Shown one piece after another: positions 8,985 through 18,328 of a stretch of 64,000 nt of DNA. A program made the position numbers and the translations under genes. Numbering within the stretch: the stretch's first letter is position 1; every line of letters begins with the position of its first letter. The notes under the pieces were generated by a model, which worked only from the letters and a program-made list of their open reading frames with translations, had not been told where the DNA came from and did no database searches. The stretch spans positions 39,662-103,661 of the forward strand of contig JBDRRF010000109.1 in NCBI GenBank assembly GCA_043825875.1, in the 5' to 3' direction. Origin of the DNA: Pseudomonadota bacterium. GTDB taxonomy: Bacteria > Desulfobacterota > Desulfobacteria > Desulfobacterales > RPRI01.

Positions 8985-10469
8985 TCACCCCCCTGCTTTT
9001 TCGTCTATAAGCCTGAACTTATATCCGTATTTTACGATATCGTTTTCCATGCCATGCCGCCTTAAAACAAGTTCGACCTTTGCCCCTACTTTTACTTTCT
9101 CCATAGGGCTATCTACCATCATGGCGGATATTTTGCCGCCGTATTCTCCCTGTTTTCCGGCTACCCTTGCTATGCACATTGGAAATGGCGCTTGTTCAGG
9201 ATCCAGATAAACTATAAACTGATGAAAAAACGTTTCGATTACTCCCTTGCGGGGTAACGGAACTTTCTCAAACTCACGGCTCCTGCAATCTTTCTCAACG
9301 CATATGTTTCGCTTTGGAAAATTTATGGACCCGCACTTGGTGCATTTTAAAGCCTTCAGACCAAACACAAAATCTTTATCACGCCAAAATAAAGGAGAAG
9401 AATCAACAGAAGACATTGGTTCCGGAAGGGCCAGGCCTTTTAGTCTCCCCTTAATTTTTTCGTACTGAATATATTCTATGTATTGCTTATAATCCTCCTT
9501 AAAATAATTCTGCACAGGCGATATATGCCCTCTTTTTTCATCTATCCCCTTTGTTGCAGTAACAAGAAAAGCATCGCTTCCTGCACCCGATCCGTAAGAA
9601 GCCACAAGTATCTTCTCATCAGGCTTGGCATTATCCAGGCCAGCTGCAAGAGCTATTAAGGATGAAGCTGAACCGGTGTCTCCTGTCATCGGGGAAAGAG
9701 CAGTAACACTTAGTGCTTCAGGTTTAAACTTCATAGACTTTGCCACATCTGCCGGGCTCTTTCCATCCGGCTGGGAAACTGCCAGATATGAAATATCTTC
9801 AGGCTTAAGTTTTGTTTCGGTTAAACATTTAACTATTGCCTGTCTTATGTGAGCAAAATAACCCGCAGTTCTGTGAAAACGGGCATCATCATAGAAATTG
9901 GTATAATCTTTTTTTGCCATACGCCAGGTTGTATTTAAAGATGTTGATTGGGCTACGCCGCTTCCAAGTTCTGCAATTACATCACTTGCACCTAAAATAA
10001 AAACCGCCGCCCCTGCGCCATATGCCGTTTCCAGCTGGGTTCCCATTTCTGCTACCTGGCAATCTGCTCCAATAGCCATGCCATACTTAGTCTTTCCTGA
10101 ATCAACAAGGCCGGCACACCCCAACAATGCCGCCGTACCGGCCCGAACCGATCCGCCAAAATCTGCTATTATAACATCATCGGAACCACCCAAAGCCTCG
10201 GCAATCAGAATCGCTGAAGACTTATCAATATAAGCACCCGATACGGTGCCCAAATATAATGCCCCGATATCTGATGCATCCAGCCCGGCATGTTTTAAGG
10301 CATTAAAAGAAGCTTCCACAGCCAATGTCACAATATCTTCATCTTCGCCTGCTACGCTTTTTTCTTTAACTCCGCCCGCAATTCCTCCAAACGGCCAGGC
10401 TTTAGCTATAGACTTTGTAACAATCCTCTTTCTTGGGATTGAAACCCCATATCCAATTATACCCGCCAT
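8985..10469 (-). CDS. HMG-CoA-synthase-like (no catalytic Cys) fused to a DUF35 Zn-ribbon/OB-fold domain
   Basis: 'DEDIVTLAVEA', 'GAGAA', 'SYGSGAGSDA'; 'GGSVRAGT' at the Cys position; C-terminal CTKC...CVEKDC and 'KYGYKF'. Confidence 0.85.
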   Translation of the reverse strand: MAGIIGYGVSIPRKRIVTKSIAKAWPFGGIAGGVKEKSVAGEDEDIVTLAVEASFNALKHAGLDASDIGALYLGTVSGAYIDKSSAILIAEALGGSDDVIIADFGGSVRAGTAALLGCAGLVDSGKTKYGMAIGADCQVAEMGTQLETAYGAGAAVFILGASDVIAELGSGVAQSTSLNTTWRMAKKDYTNFYDDARFHRTAGYFAHIRQAIVKCLTETKLKPEDISYLAVSQPDGKSPADVAKSMKFKPEALSVTALSPMTGDTGSASSLIALAAGLDNAKPDEKILVASYGSGAGSDAFLVTATKGIDEKRGHISPVQNYFKEDYKQYIEYIQYEKIKGRLKGLALPEPMSSVDSSPLFWRDKDFVFGLKALKCTKCGSINFPKRNICVEKDCRSREFEKVPLPRKGVIETFFHQFIVYLDPEQAPFPMCIARVAGKQGEYGGKISAMMVDSPMEKVKVGAKVELVLRRHGMENDIVKYGYKFRLIDEKAGG

Positions 10470-10484
10470 AATTATACCCTCGCT

Positions 10485-11642
10485 TTAGATAGTTTTTATT
10501 TTTTTGGCAAGCTCAGCTGCTATAACCAAACGCTGTATTTCATTTGTGCCTTCGTATATCTGAAATATTTTAGCATCCCTGTAAAGTTTTTCAACCGGAT
10601 ATTCCTTGGAATAGCCATATCCTCCAAAGATCTGGACGGCCTGAATGGCTGCCCTTACAGCTGCATCACCGGCCATGGCTTTAGCCTGGGATGACTCCAA
10701 TATAGGAAGCTTTCCCTGATCAACCAGCCATGCCGCTCTCCAGGTAAGCAGACGCGCTGCATCAATTTCCATGGACATTTCAGCTAATTTCAGTTGAATA
10801 AGCTGCTGGGCGATCAAAGGCTTGCCGAACTGAACCCTCTCGGATGCATACTTTAAAGATTCATCCAGTGCCCTTTGGCCAAGGCCCAATGCGGTAGCAG
10901 CCGCCAAAGCCCTTGACCGGTCAAGTGCTTCCATAGCCACAACAAAACCCTGACCTTCCTTGCCCAACAAATTCTCTTCAGGTATTCTTACATCTTCCAA
11001 GATCAACTCGACCGTATGAGATGCCCGGATACCCATTTTATCTTCTTTTTTTCCTACTTTTATTCCTGCTTCTTTGGGAACTATAAAGGCGCTCAATCCC
11101 TTGTGAGCTTTAGATGGGTCTGTTTTTGCTATAACAACATATACTGATGCCAGATCTCCGTTTGTGATAAAGGTTTTTCGACCATTTAGCACATATTCAA
11201 AACCTTTCTTCTCAGCCCTGGTTGAAACGGCAGATACATCCGAACCGGCTCCGGGCTCGGTTACAGCAAAAGCTACAAACTTAATCTCTTCAGATTCGCA
11301 GATTAACTTTAAATACTTTTCTTTTTGTTCCGGGGTTCCGAAAAACATTATCGGGATTACTGCTATACTGTTTAACAGCAAAGAAGTGGCAATGCCGGCG
11401 CACCCATAAGTCAAACCTTCGGCAATCAAACATGTTTCCATCATCCCCATGCCGGCCCCGCCATATTCTTCCGGAACACCCGCATTAATCAATCCCAGTT
11501 CATGTGCCTTCTGGGCAACATCCATTGGAAGTGTCCCCAGTTTGTCATATTCGGCAGCAATAGGTATGATTTCATTTTTTACAAATTTATCAACCATATC
11601 CTTTAAGGCAACCTGTTCTTCGCTCAATTCAAAACTAATCAT
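10485..11642 (-). CDS. Acyl-CoA dehydrogenase
   Basis: 'FAVTEPGAGSD', 'GRKTFITNG', 'RVQFGKP', 'QIFGGYGY', 'IYEGTNEIQR'. Confidence 0.95.
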   Translation of the reverse strand: MISFELSEEQVALKDMVDKFVKNEIIPIAAEYDKLGTLPMDVAQKAHELGLINAGVPEEYGGAGMGMMETCLIAEGLTYGCAGIATSLLLNSIAVIPIMFFGTPEQKEKYLKLICESEEIKFVAFAVTEPGAGSDVSAVSTRAEKKGFEYVLNGRKTFITNGDLASVYVVIAKTDPSKAHKGLSAFIVPKEAGIKVGKKEDKMGIRASHTVELILEDVRIPEENLLGKEGQGFVVAMEALDRSRALAAATALGLGQRALDESLKYASERVQFGKPLIAQQLIQLKLAEMSMEIDAARLLTWRAAWLVDQGKLPILESSQAKAMAGDAAVRAAIQAVQIFGGYGYSKEYPVEKLYRDAKIFQIYEGTNEIQRLVIAAELAKKIKTI

Positions 11643-11701
11643 AATTCACTCCGTTTTTGCAGATGTTGTTTTGTAATCATCGGTATGAACCTATACTAAT
11701 A

Positions 11702-11718
11702 AGCATAAAGCGGGCCAA
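11702..11718 (-). promoter_or_regulatory. Sigma54 (-24/-12) promoter of the catabolic operon
   Basis: Minus strand TTGGCCCGCTTTATGCT (GG-N10-GC), about 60 nt upstream of the ACAD ATG and next to an enhancer-binding protein gene. Confidence 0.8.
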
Positions 11719-11735
11719 TAAATATAATAAAAATA

Positions 11736-11748
11736 TATCAATAAGTTA
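11736..11748 (+). promoter_or_regulatory. IHF site
   Basis: TATCAATAAGTTA matches WATCAANNNNTTR and lies between the promoter and the UAS. Confidence 0.6.
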
Positions 11749-11769
11749 TATATGAGCACTTGTAAATAA

Positions 11770-11837
11770 TTCCAATATGTTGTAATGTGCTTTCAATATA
11801 TTGGAATATGTTATAAATACAATCCAATATACCGGAA
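11770..11837. promoter_or_regulatory. Probable upstream activator sites (3 palindromes)
   Basis: TTCCAATATGTTGTAA (11770), TTTCAATATATTGGAA (11791), ATCCAATATACCGGAA (11822). Confidence 0.6.
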
Positions 11838-11878
11838 ATTATTTAATTTGTATATCAGGAAATGAAAGAGTGATTGAA

Positions 11879-13429
11879 ATGAATATCAATGAGAAAGATT
11901 TTTTCCATCAGGCTACAATAAGGATTTGCGGAAATCTTGAGATAGAACAGGCGATGTTGCATACTTTTGAGTACCTGAAAGATTTTATACCACTGGATGA
12001 AATGTGGCTGATTTTGGTAGATAGAAATATAGGTACAATAAAAACCATTGCGGGTGCAAATCATGCCGGTGCAAGAATAATGGACAGGCTTATACATGTC
12101 CCGGCGAATATAAGAAAGGAGCTTAACGAGTACGATTTTACACCCAAAAAAATAACAATTATTAACAGGGCGGAACTTAATCCGCTTGCCTTTAATTTAT
12201 TAAATGTTTTGGGTTATCCTGATTCATCTTCATTGGTTTTTTCACTGTCAACCAATACTGACAGAATAAGTGTTTTTGTTATAAGAGCCACAGGAAAAGA
12301 CCGGTTTTCGGATTCACATGCACGTCTGCTTGCCATGCTTCACGACCCAATTGCAATTGCCATGTCTAATGCCTTAAAGCATGAAGAATTACTTAAACTC
12401 AAAGAAGATGACAACAGGTATCTTGCCCAGGAGCTGCGTCAATTAACCGGAGAAGAAATCATAGGTGCAGAGTCCGGATTGAAAAATGTTATGGATATGG
12501 TTCAGCAAGTGGCAATGAGAGATAATCCTGTATTGCTTTTAGGTGAAACCGGTGTTGGTAAAGAAGTAATAGCCGATGCTATTCATTATACTTCAAACCG
12601 TAAAGACGGCCCTTTTATCAAAGTCAACAGTGGTGCTATTCCCGAACACCTTATAGACAGTGAGCTTTTTGGACATGAGAAAGGAGCATTTACCGGAGCG
12701 GTGAATCAAAAAAGAGGGCGTTTTGAAAGGGCGAATGGAGGAACAATTTTTCTTGATGAGATAGGAGACTTGCCCATTCAGGCACAAAGCCGGTTATTAC
12801 GCGTTCTTCAGCAAAAAGAAATTGAGCGAGTAGGTGGTACCAAAACTATTCTTGTTGATACCAGAATTATTGCCGCCACTCACCGTAATTTAGAACAATT
12901 GGTTTTTAATAAAAAATTCCGTGAGGATCTTTGGTACAGGCTAAGTGTTTTTCCTATCCTGATTCCACCATTAAGACAAAGAAAATCAGATATTCCTGCG
13001 CTGGTTAAGTATTTTTTGAAACGAAAATCCAAAGAAATGAATTTTCGTACTTTACCAACGGTTAAGCCCGGGGCAATTGAAAAAATGATTGAATATCCAT
13101 GGAGCGGAAATGTTCGTGAACTTGAAAATGTAGTAGAAAGGGCGCTTATCCAATATAGAGGAGGGCAATTAACTTTTGAGCATTTACATTTTCATCCTGT
13201 TGAGGAAACATTGCTTCCTTCTTCTACAGATGGAAGGGTATTAACCCTAAACGAAATCGATGCCCGCCATATCCGTTTGGTGCTTGAAACAACAAATGGA
13301 AGAATTAATGGTAAAGGAGGAGCAGCAGAACTTTTATCTATACATCCAAATACTCTTAGGTTCAGGATGGATAAACTTGGGATCAGTTATGGGAAAAAGA
13401 ATAAGCAAAATTTAAGCCATGCCAAATGA
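11879..13429 (+). CDS. Sigma54-dependent enhancer-binding regulator (GAF-AAA+-Fis HTH)
   Basis: 'GETGVGKE', '[13 protein letters not shown]', 'FLDEIG', 'WSGNVREL', C-terminal HTH; likely start MNINEK. Confidence 0.95.
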   Translation: MNINEKDFFHQATIRICGNLEIEQAMLHTFEYLKDFIPLDEMWLILVDRNIGTIKTIAGANHAGARIMDRLIHVPANIRKELNEYDFTPKKITIINRAELNPLAFNLLNVLGYPDSSSLVFSLSTNTDRISVFVIRATGKDRFSDSHARLLAMLHDPIAIAMSNALKHEELLKLKEDDNRYLAQELRQLTGEEIIGAESGLKNVMDMVQQVAMRDNPVLLLGETGVGKEVIADAIHYTSNRKDGPFIKVNSGAIPEHLIDSELFGHEKGAFTGAVNQKRGRFERANGGTIFLDEIGDLPIQAQSRLLRVLQQKEIERVGGTKTILVDTRIIAATHRNLEQLVFNKKFREDLWYRLSVFPILIPPLRQRKSDIPALVKYFLKRKSKEMNFRTLPTVKPGAIEKMIEYPWSGNVRELENVVERALIQYRGGQLTFEHLHFHPVEETLLPSSTDGRVLTLNEIDARHIRLVLETTNGRINGKGGAAELLSIHPNTLRFRMDKLGISYGKKNKQNLSHAK

Positions 13430-13571
13430 GCCAACACGTTGGCATTGGACTCCCAAATTCCGTTGTCGTTGGGGGCAAACATACTATAAGTTATTCCAGT
13501 ATTGACAGCTTCGGAACTTCTTGATATTAATGTAAAATATTTATTATTTTGTTATTGCAGGAGATTATCAA

Positions 13572-14735
13572 ATGCATGGGAAACCATTGAGACGCAGCTT
13601 TTGTGTGTCCCGAATCGGGAAGTACTGCAACCTTAATATTCTACTCTGCTTTTTCTTGTTTTTTCTCTATTGCCTTTCGCCACATTGGGTTGAAGCGAAC
13701 CCGGTCGTAAACACACCAGGTAATTTGCAGCCCAAAAAGCTTGTTATCGGCACCAAACAATCGCCACCCTTTGCGTTTAAGGACCAGACGGGTCAATGGA
13801 AAGGTATCAGTATCGAACTGTGGGAGGCCATTGCAAAAAACCTTAAGTATGATTACGTTTTTAAGGAATATGATCTGCAAGGCTTACTTAATGCTGTTGA
13901 AAACAAATCCATTGATGCCGCTGTTGCCGCACTTACCATTACTTCCGAGCGTGAAAAACGGTTTGATTTCACCCACCCTTTTCATACCAGCGGTCTTGGC
14001 ATAGCAGTTTTGCAAGGCAAAGAGAATTCCTGGCTGGTTGTGTTTAACCGGTTCTTATCCCCGGCTTTTCTGGAAGTTGTTTTGGCGCTTGTCCTGTTAC
14101 TGTTTGTTGTGGGACTTCTTGTCTGGTTTTTTGAAAGGAAGAAAAACCGGGAACAATTCGGCGGAAGCTTTCTGGCAGGTATTGGTTCAGGCTTCTGGTG
14201 GTCGGCGGTTACCATGACAACGGTTGGATATGGTGACAAGGCCCCGCGAACCCTCGGAGGCCGACTGGTCGGCCTCGTGTGGATGTTTATAGCCATAATT
14301 ATTATTTCCAGCTTCACAGCGGCGATCACCTCAACGCTCACGGTAAATCAGATTCAGCAACATGTCAGGGGGCCTGAAGATCTTAATCGGGTGAAAGTCG
14401 GGTCAATAAAACATTCCACCAGCGCTTCATATCTTAACACGCAACGGATTTCTTTTCAGGATTACTCCTCCGTCATGGATGCTTTGCAAGGGCTGGAGGC
14501 CGGAGAAGTTGATGCGGTTGTTTATGATGCGCCTATATTAAGGTATCTGGTAAACCGGAAAATGCAAAACAAGATTCAAGTTTTGAACACCATTTTTGAA
14601 AAGCAACAGTACGGGATTGGCCTTCCGACAGCAAGTCCGCTAAGGGAAAAGATTAACCGGCTGGTGCCTGCGATAATAAGCGATAGAAAATGGCAGGATA
14701 TTTTATTCCGCTATCTGGGAGAACCGGCTTCTTGA
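13572..14735 (+). CDS. GluR0-like ligand-gated K+ channel (SBP family 3 plus pore)
   Basis: 'TMTTVGYGD' selectivity filter between split substrate-binding domains ('SPPF', 'TITSERE', 'VVYDAPIL'). Confidence 0.88.
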   Translation: MHGKPLRRSFCVSRIGKYCNLNILLCFFLFFLYCLSPHWVEANPVVNTPGNLQPKKLVIGTKQSPPFAFKDQTGQWKGISIELWEAIAKNLKYDYVFKEYDLQGLLNAVENKSIDAAVAALTITSEREKRFDFTHPFHTSGLGIAVLQGKENSWLVVFNRFLSPAFLEVVLALVLLLFVVGLLVWFFERKKNREQFGGSFLAGIGSGFWWSAVTMTTVGYGDKAPRTLGGRLVGLVWMFIAIIIISSFTAAITSTLTVNQIQQHVRGPEDLNRVKVGSIKHSTSASYLNTQRISFQDYSSVMDALQGLEAGEVDAVVYDAPILRYLVNRKMQNKIQVLNTIFEKQQYGIGLPTASPLREKINRLVPAIISDRKWQDILFRYLGEPAS

Positions 14736-15100
14736 TAAAGAAATAATAGGGCCTGCATGAAAATCCTTAAGGAGTTCTACTTCTAAATCATTTGGGGTTA
14801 GAGAGTTACACCTGATTCTTCCCTTATTTGGAAAGCATATTATCAGAAAGTTCCTTTTGCCTGGATTCATAAACGGCCTTGCTTATGATACCTTGATCCT
14901 GATGGGTGACTGGAGCGGATCGGATCAAACCGACTCTAACCATAACAAAGAAATGTCGTATGCGGGGCGGGAGCCAAAACGGTGTCCGAGTGAGTGCAGA
15001 CTGACACGTCATTTAAAAAAGAAACCATCTTTTTTAATACGGGGGGTGTTTTTTCTCTTGACGAACCCTTTAATGGGTGACCCCATTTCTTTATTTGAAA

Positions 15101-15139
15101 GGCGCGATAGGAGCGTCCTACTCAACGCCCTTGTTGGCC
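15101..15139 (-). repeat. Half attC of the TA cassette
   Basis: ...CTACTCAACGCCCTT-GTTGGCC overlaps the vapC stop; the R' arm is missing. Confidence 0.5.
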
Positions 15140-15516
15140 TATGCATGTTTTGGAAAATATTTTACTCCTGGTAGATCCTTAAAATGGGTGTCCAGTGTCC
15201 ATATATCACATTGATATAATTTTGCAGTGGCAAAAATTATGCTATCTGCCATCGGCAATTTATGTATTAGACTCAGCTTGGCAGCACTTAAAGATAGGCT
15301 TATGCTAAGTTCGATTACTTTTCCTTTTTGCATTGCAGCTACTGATTGCAACGCCTCATTCTCTCCGGCTTCACGTAACACGACTTTAAATACTTCATAT
15401 ATGGTAATGATAGGGACAATTAGGGATGAAGCGTCTTCTAAAGGCATAGAAAATTGTGTTGAATTAGGCCCACCAGAAAAGTATTCCAGCCAACCAGACG
15501 AATCGACAATGTTCAT
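15139..15516 (-). CDS. vapC: VapC PIN-domain toxin
   Basis: 'NIVDSSGWLEY', 'IYEVFK', 'LPMADSII', 'WTLDTHF'. Confidence 0.92.
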   Translation of the reverse strand: MNIVDSSGWLEYFSGGPNSTQFSMPLEDASSLIVPIITIYEVFKVVLREAGENEALQSVAAMQKGKVIELSISLSLSAAKLSLIHKLPMADSIIFATAKLYQCDIWTLDTHFKDLPGVKYFPKHA

Positions 15517-15719
15517 AAGCGGTCACTTTCACGCTCGAATTCTGTATCAATTCCTTTTATAAACCCACGGAGATCTGAAATATCTCTGTCAGGAATTAAT
15601 TCGATTCTTCCTTCATACTCGATGACTGTTAATTTTTGTCCAGGGCGTAATCGCATAGTTTCACGGATTAACTTAGGAATAACCACCTGAAATTTTGGAG
15701 AAACTGTTACTGTTTGCAT
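15513..15719 (-). CDS. AbrB/MazE-type antitoxin
   Basis: 'MQTVTVSPKFQVVIPKLIRE...LRPGQKL'; 4-nt overlap with vapC. Confidence 0.9.
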   Translation of the reverse strand: MQTVTVSPKFQVVIPKLIRETMRLRPGQKLTVIEYEGRIELIPDRDISDLRGFIKGIDTEFERESDRL

Positions 15720-15753
15720 GATTGCACCTCGATCGATTTGGTTTTTGTAATAC

Positions 15754-15781
15754 ATTATCATGATCGATAGGGTCTTGTCAA
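15754..15781 (-). promoter_or_regulatory. Sigma70 promoter of the TA cassette
   Basis: TTGACA-16 nt-GATAAT inside the cassette, overlapping the palindrome ATCATGAT. Confidence 0.6.
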
Positions 15782-15789
15782 TTTCAAGA

Positions 15790-15838
15790 GGCCAACAAGG
15801 CAGTTGAGCAGCTCGCCTGCTCAACTGCCTTGTTGGAT
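15790..15838 (-). repeat. Short, perfectly palindromic attC-like site
   Basis: GGCCAAC-AAGGCAGTTGAGCAG-CTCGC-CTGCTCAACTGCCTT-GTTGGAT; its R' GTTGGCC matches the TA cassette R''. Confidence 0.7.
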
Positions 15839-15909
15839 GATATGGTTTCAAAAATGGGGCAGTAAATTACCGTCTATTTGAGAAACGTATAAAAGCATAG
15901 ACGTTACTA

Positions 15910-16155
15910 CCCAGGCTTTTCTGGATATTGTTCTGGCGTTTGTCCTGTTACTGTTTGTTGTGGGACTTATGGTCTGGTTTTTTGAAAAAAAGAAAAACCA
16001 GGAACAATTCGGCGGCAGCTTTCTGGCAGGGTATTTTGTTCCGCTATCTGGGAGAACCGGCTTCCTGATAAAGGAATAATAGGGCCTGCATGAAAATCCT
16101 TAAGCGAGATCTACTTCTAAATTATTTGGAGTTAAAGAGTTACACCTGATTCTTC
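15910..16155 (+). pseudogene. Internally deleted duplicate of the GluR0-like gene 3' region
   Basis: Matches about 14060-14179 joined to 14691-14821 at TGGCAGG. Confidence 0.85.
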
Positions 16156-16172
16156 GATTCTGCATATTTTAA

Positions 16173-16712
16173 TTAGGAAATTATCTTCAACAGAGTAGAA
16201 TTTTCAGGTACATCACCCACATTTTTCCCATAGTAGGCATAGCGGATGATTCTATCGGTATCCACCAGAAAAACCGCGGGCAACTGTTTCTCCCGACCTT
16301 CGTATTTACCATGCCCATATCCCAGTTTATTAGAAGCCAGCCCTTTTCTAATAACATTTGGCGTTAAATAACGAAAAATAGACCCAACCTTGACACCGTA
16401 TTGTTCAAAAATCTCCGCTTTAGGATCACAGACGACGGTTAATGGCATTTCTTTCTGCTCTTTCTGATCTCTCATTACTTCCGGTGCGCTCTGCAAAACA
16501 GCTACAGGCCTTACTCCGTGTGCTTCAAACTGATCCAAATCCCGGATCAGCTCATCGATTTTCATCCGGCATAGTGGACAGCCGATATATCTTAGAAACA
16601 ATAAAAAAACTTTGCTCTGTTCAAGCATATTGTAAAAACTATTATTTTCATTCCAAGGGGTCTCAAAAGAAAAATCCGGGGCTGTATCTCCGATCGAAAA
16701 CAGGCCGTTCAT
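16173..16712 (-). CDS. Peroxiredoxin-like AhpC/TSA (redoxin) protein
   Basis: 'GDTAPDF', 'FLRYIGCPLC', 'QLPAVFLVD'. Confidence 0.85.
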   Translation of the reverse strand: MNGLFSIGDTAPDFSFETPWNENNSFYNMLEQSKVFLLFLRYIGCPLCRMKIDELIRDLDQFEAHGVRPVAVLQSAPEVMRDQKEQKEMPLTVVCDPKAEIFEQYGVKVGSIFRYLTPNVIRKGLASNKLGYGHGKYEGREKQLPAVFLVDTDRIIRYAYYGKNVGDVPENSTLLKIIS

Positions 16713-16976
16713 AGCGTTCTCCCTATATAGTTGAAAAAGTATTGATAAAAACTTAGGCAATATTAATCTGCTATCAATGTAACCATATCAGACATCTGGA
16801 AATTATATCCTTAGCGTTCCAGATATATTTTCATCTTACATCTTAACTTAAAAAATGGAGAAGAACCGTCTTTGCCCTTTTTTATATTTAAAATTACCTT
16901 CTGTAATCTCCTGAATATATTTAACACCGGAAATAGTATTTAAAGAAATGTTTCTTTGACCCCAATTGTTCTCTCA

Positions 16977-17852
16977 TTATCGCGGCATCCAAAGTGGAGT
17001 TGTAAAGAAGATTATCAATTGAAATGGCGATGTAGCTGCATCAACAATGATTGCTAATGGAGTTCCAAATATTCTAGCAGGGAGTGAATGTTTAAAACTT
17101 CTTCTCCATTCAGATTCCAAGCGATAAATAATGATAGTGATAGGCATTTTTTCCTGTGGTAATATTGGTGACCATTCTGAAAAATTATATTCCTCTAAAA
17201 TACTTCCTTCTGGCTTATAGCAACATATGGAATAATAATATGGGGATTTATCGGGAATACTTTCGGGAAGATTAGAATGAAGTTTCGCATATGGGCTTAT
17301 TTTCACGAATGGCGGAATTTCATTTAAATGCTTATACGCTATTGTCATTTGCCGGATTACTGCATCTGAATAGAATTGATTTGCTTTTTTTCGTAGCTTA
17401 AATGAGACGTTTAACTCCCATAAATCATTATTATCATAATTGACTGCATAAAGAAACATCGGGTCCATTGCCAGCTCTAAATATTTTATGGTCTCATTTA
17501 ATATATTTGTTCCGGCAGTTTTTCCTTTATAGTAGCTATTATCTTTTATAACAAGAAAGCCACTTGAAATCCCGATGAAGTTTTTTTTGGCCTTTTTTAT
17601 ATCGCTTTTTTGAAGATGAAATGGAATACATATCTTCTTATAAGCCTTCCATTTGCCTTCATCGTATATGCTATCGAAAGTCATGTAAATTTGTTCAGCT
17701 TCTCCTGCAATCGCTTCAATGGCGCGATAATCAGTAGAACTTTTACCATCCCATAATGCCATTGTAGCGCATCCATTTAGAAAGAGACTTATTAAAATGA
17801 TCAAAATGGTGCTGGCTTTCTTTTTCAAGTATATATTTATAATGCCTCGCAT
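16977..17852 (-). CDS. Hypothetical lipoprotein (probable cassette gene)
   Basis: Lipobox LNGC; a GTTGAAC box at 17884-17890 precedes it; start uncertain. Confidence 0.6.
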   Translation of the reverse strand: MRGIINIYLKKKASTILIILISLFLNGCATMALWDGKSSTDYRAIEAIAGEAEQIYMTFDSIYDEGKWKAYKKICIPFHLQKSDIKKAKKNFIGISSGFLVIKDNSYYKGKTAGTNILNETIKYLELAMDPMFLYAVNYDNNDLWELNVSFKLRKKANQFYSDAVIRQMTIAYKHLNEIPPFVKISPYAKLHSNLPESIPDKSPYYYSICCYKPEGSILEEYNFSEWSPILPQEKMPITIIIYRLESEWRRSFKHSLPARIFGTPLAIIVDAATSPFQLIIFFTTPLWMPR

Positions 17853-18264
17853 TATTGTCCTTATAGGAGGTAATATTATGAAGTTCAACGAGATAGCAGA
17901 AAAAACCTCAATCCAATTCCAGCAACATCAATATTTATAGAAACTCAATAGCTTGCGATACCCGATATGATTTATTCCTTCTATCTTTTCTCTTTTCTTT
18001 AATTTCCTCCATAGTAGTTTGCCCAGAAAGGCATCTGATAGAAACTGTATAACTAAAGAATGTCCCCGAAATCCCCCCCAGACTAAAACCAAGCCTGATG
18101 ACCGAGAAAGCTTTCAACGAAGAAAACCACCCTAAAGGCCGATGCCTTTATTCATAAATCAAATGTTCAAAAAGCAAAAGAGCAAAAAATAAGCTCCAAG
18201 TGACGGAGAATAAAGACAGCAAAAAAGTTGGTACAGTACCAATTAAACCCTGATGTTGATACTT

Positions 18265-18324
18265 TTGTAACGCTGCTATTCAGCCACGCGGCTTTTTGCG
18301 TCGGCTGAAATAGCCTTGTTAGCT
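18265..18324 (-). repeat. attC site (60 bp)
   Basis: TTGTAAC-GCTGCTATTCAGCC...GGCTGAAATAGCCTT-GTTAGCT; nearly identical to 25379-25436. Confidence 0.9.
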
Positions 18325-18328
18325 GTCC

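Noticed and set aside
8985..10469. Mevalonate-pathway HMG-CoA synthase
   Set aside because: Catalytic Cys missing; catabolic context
14824..15174. ORFs 14824-15012 and 14857-15174
   Set aside because: No recognisable motifs; they cross repeat and attC remnants
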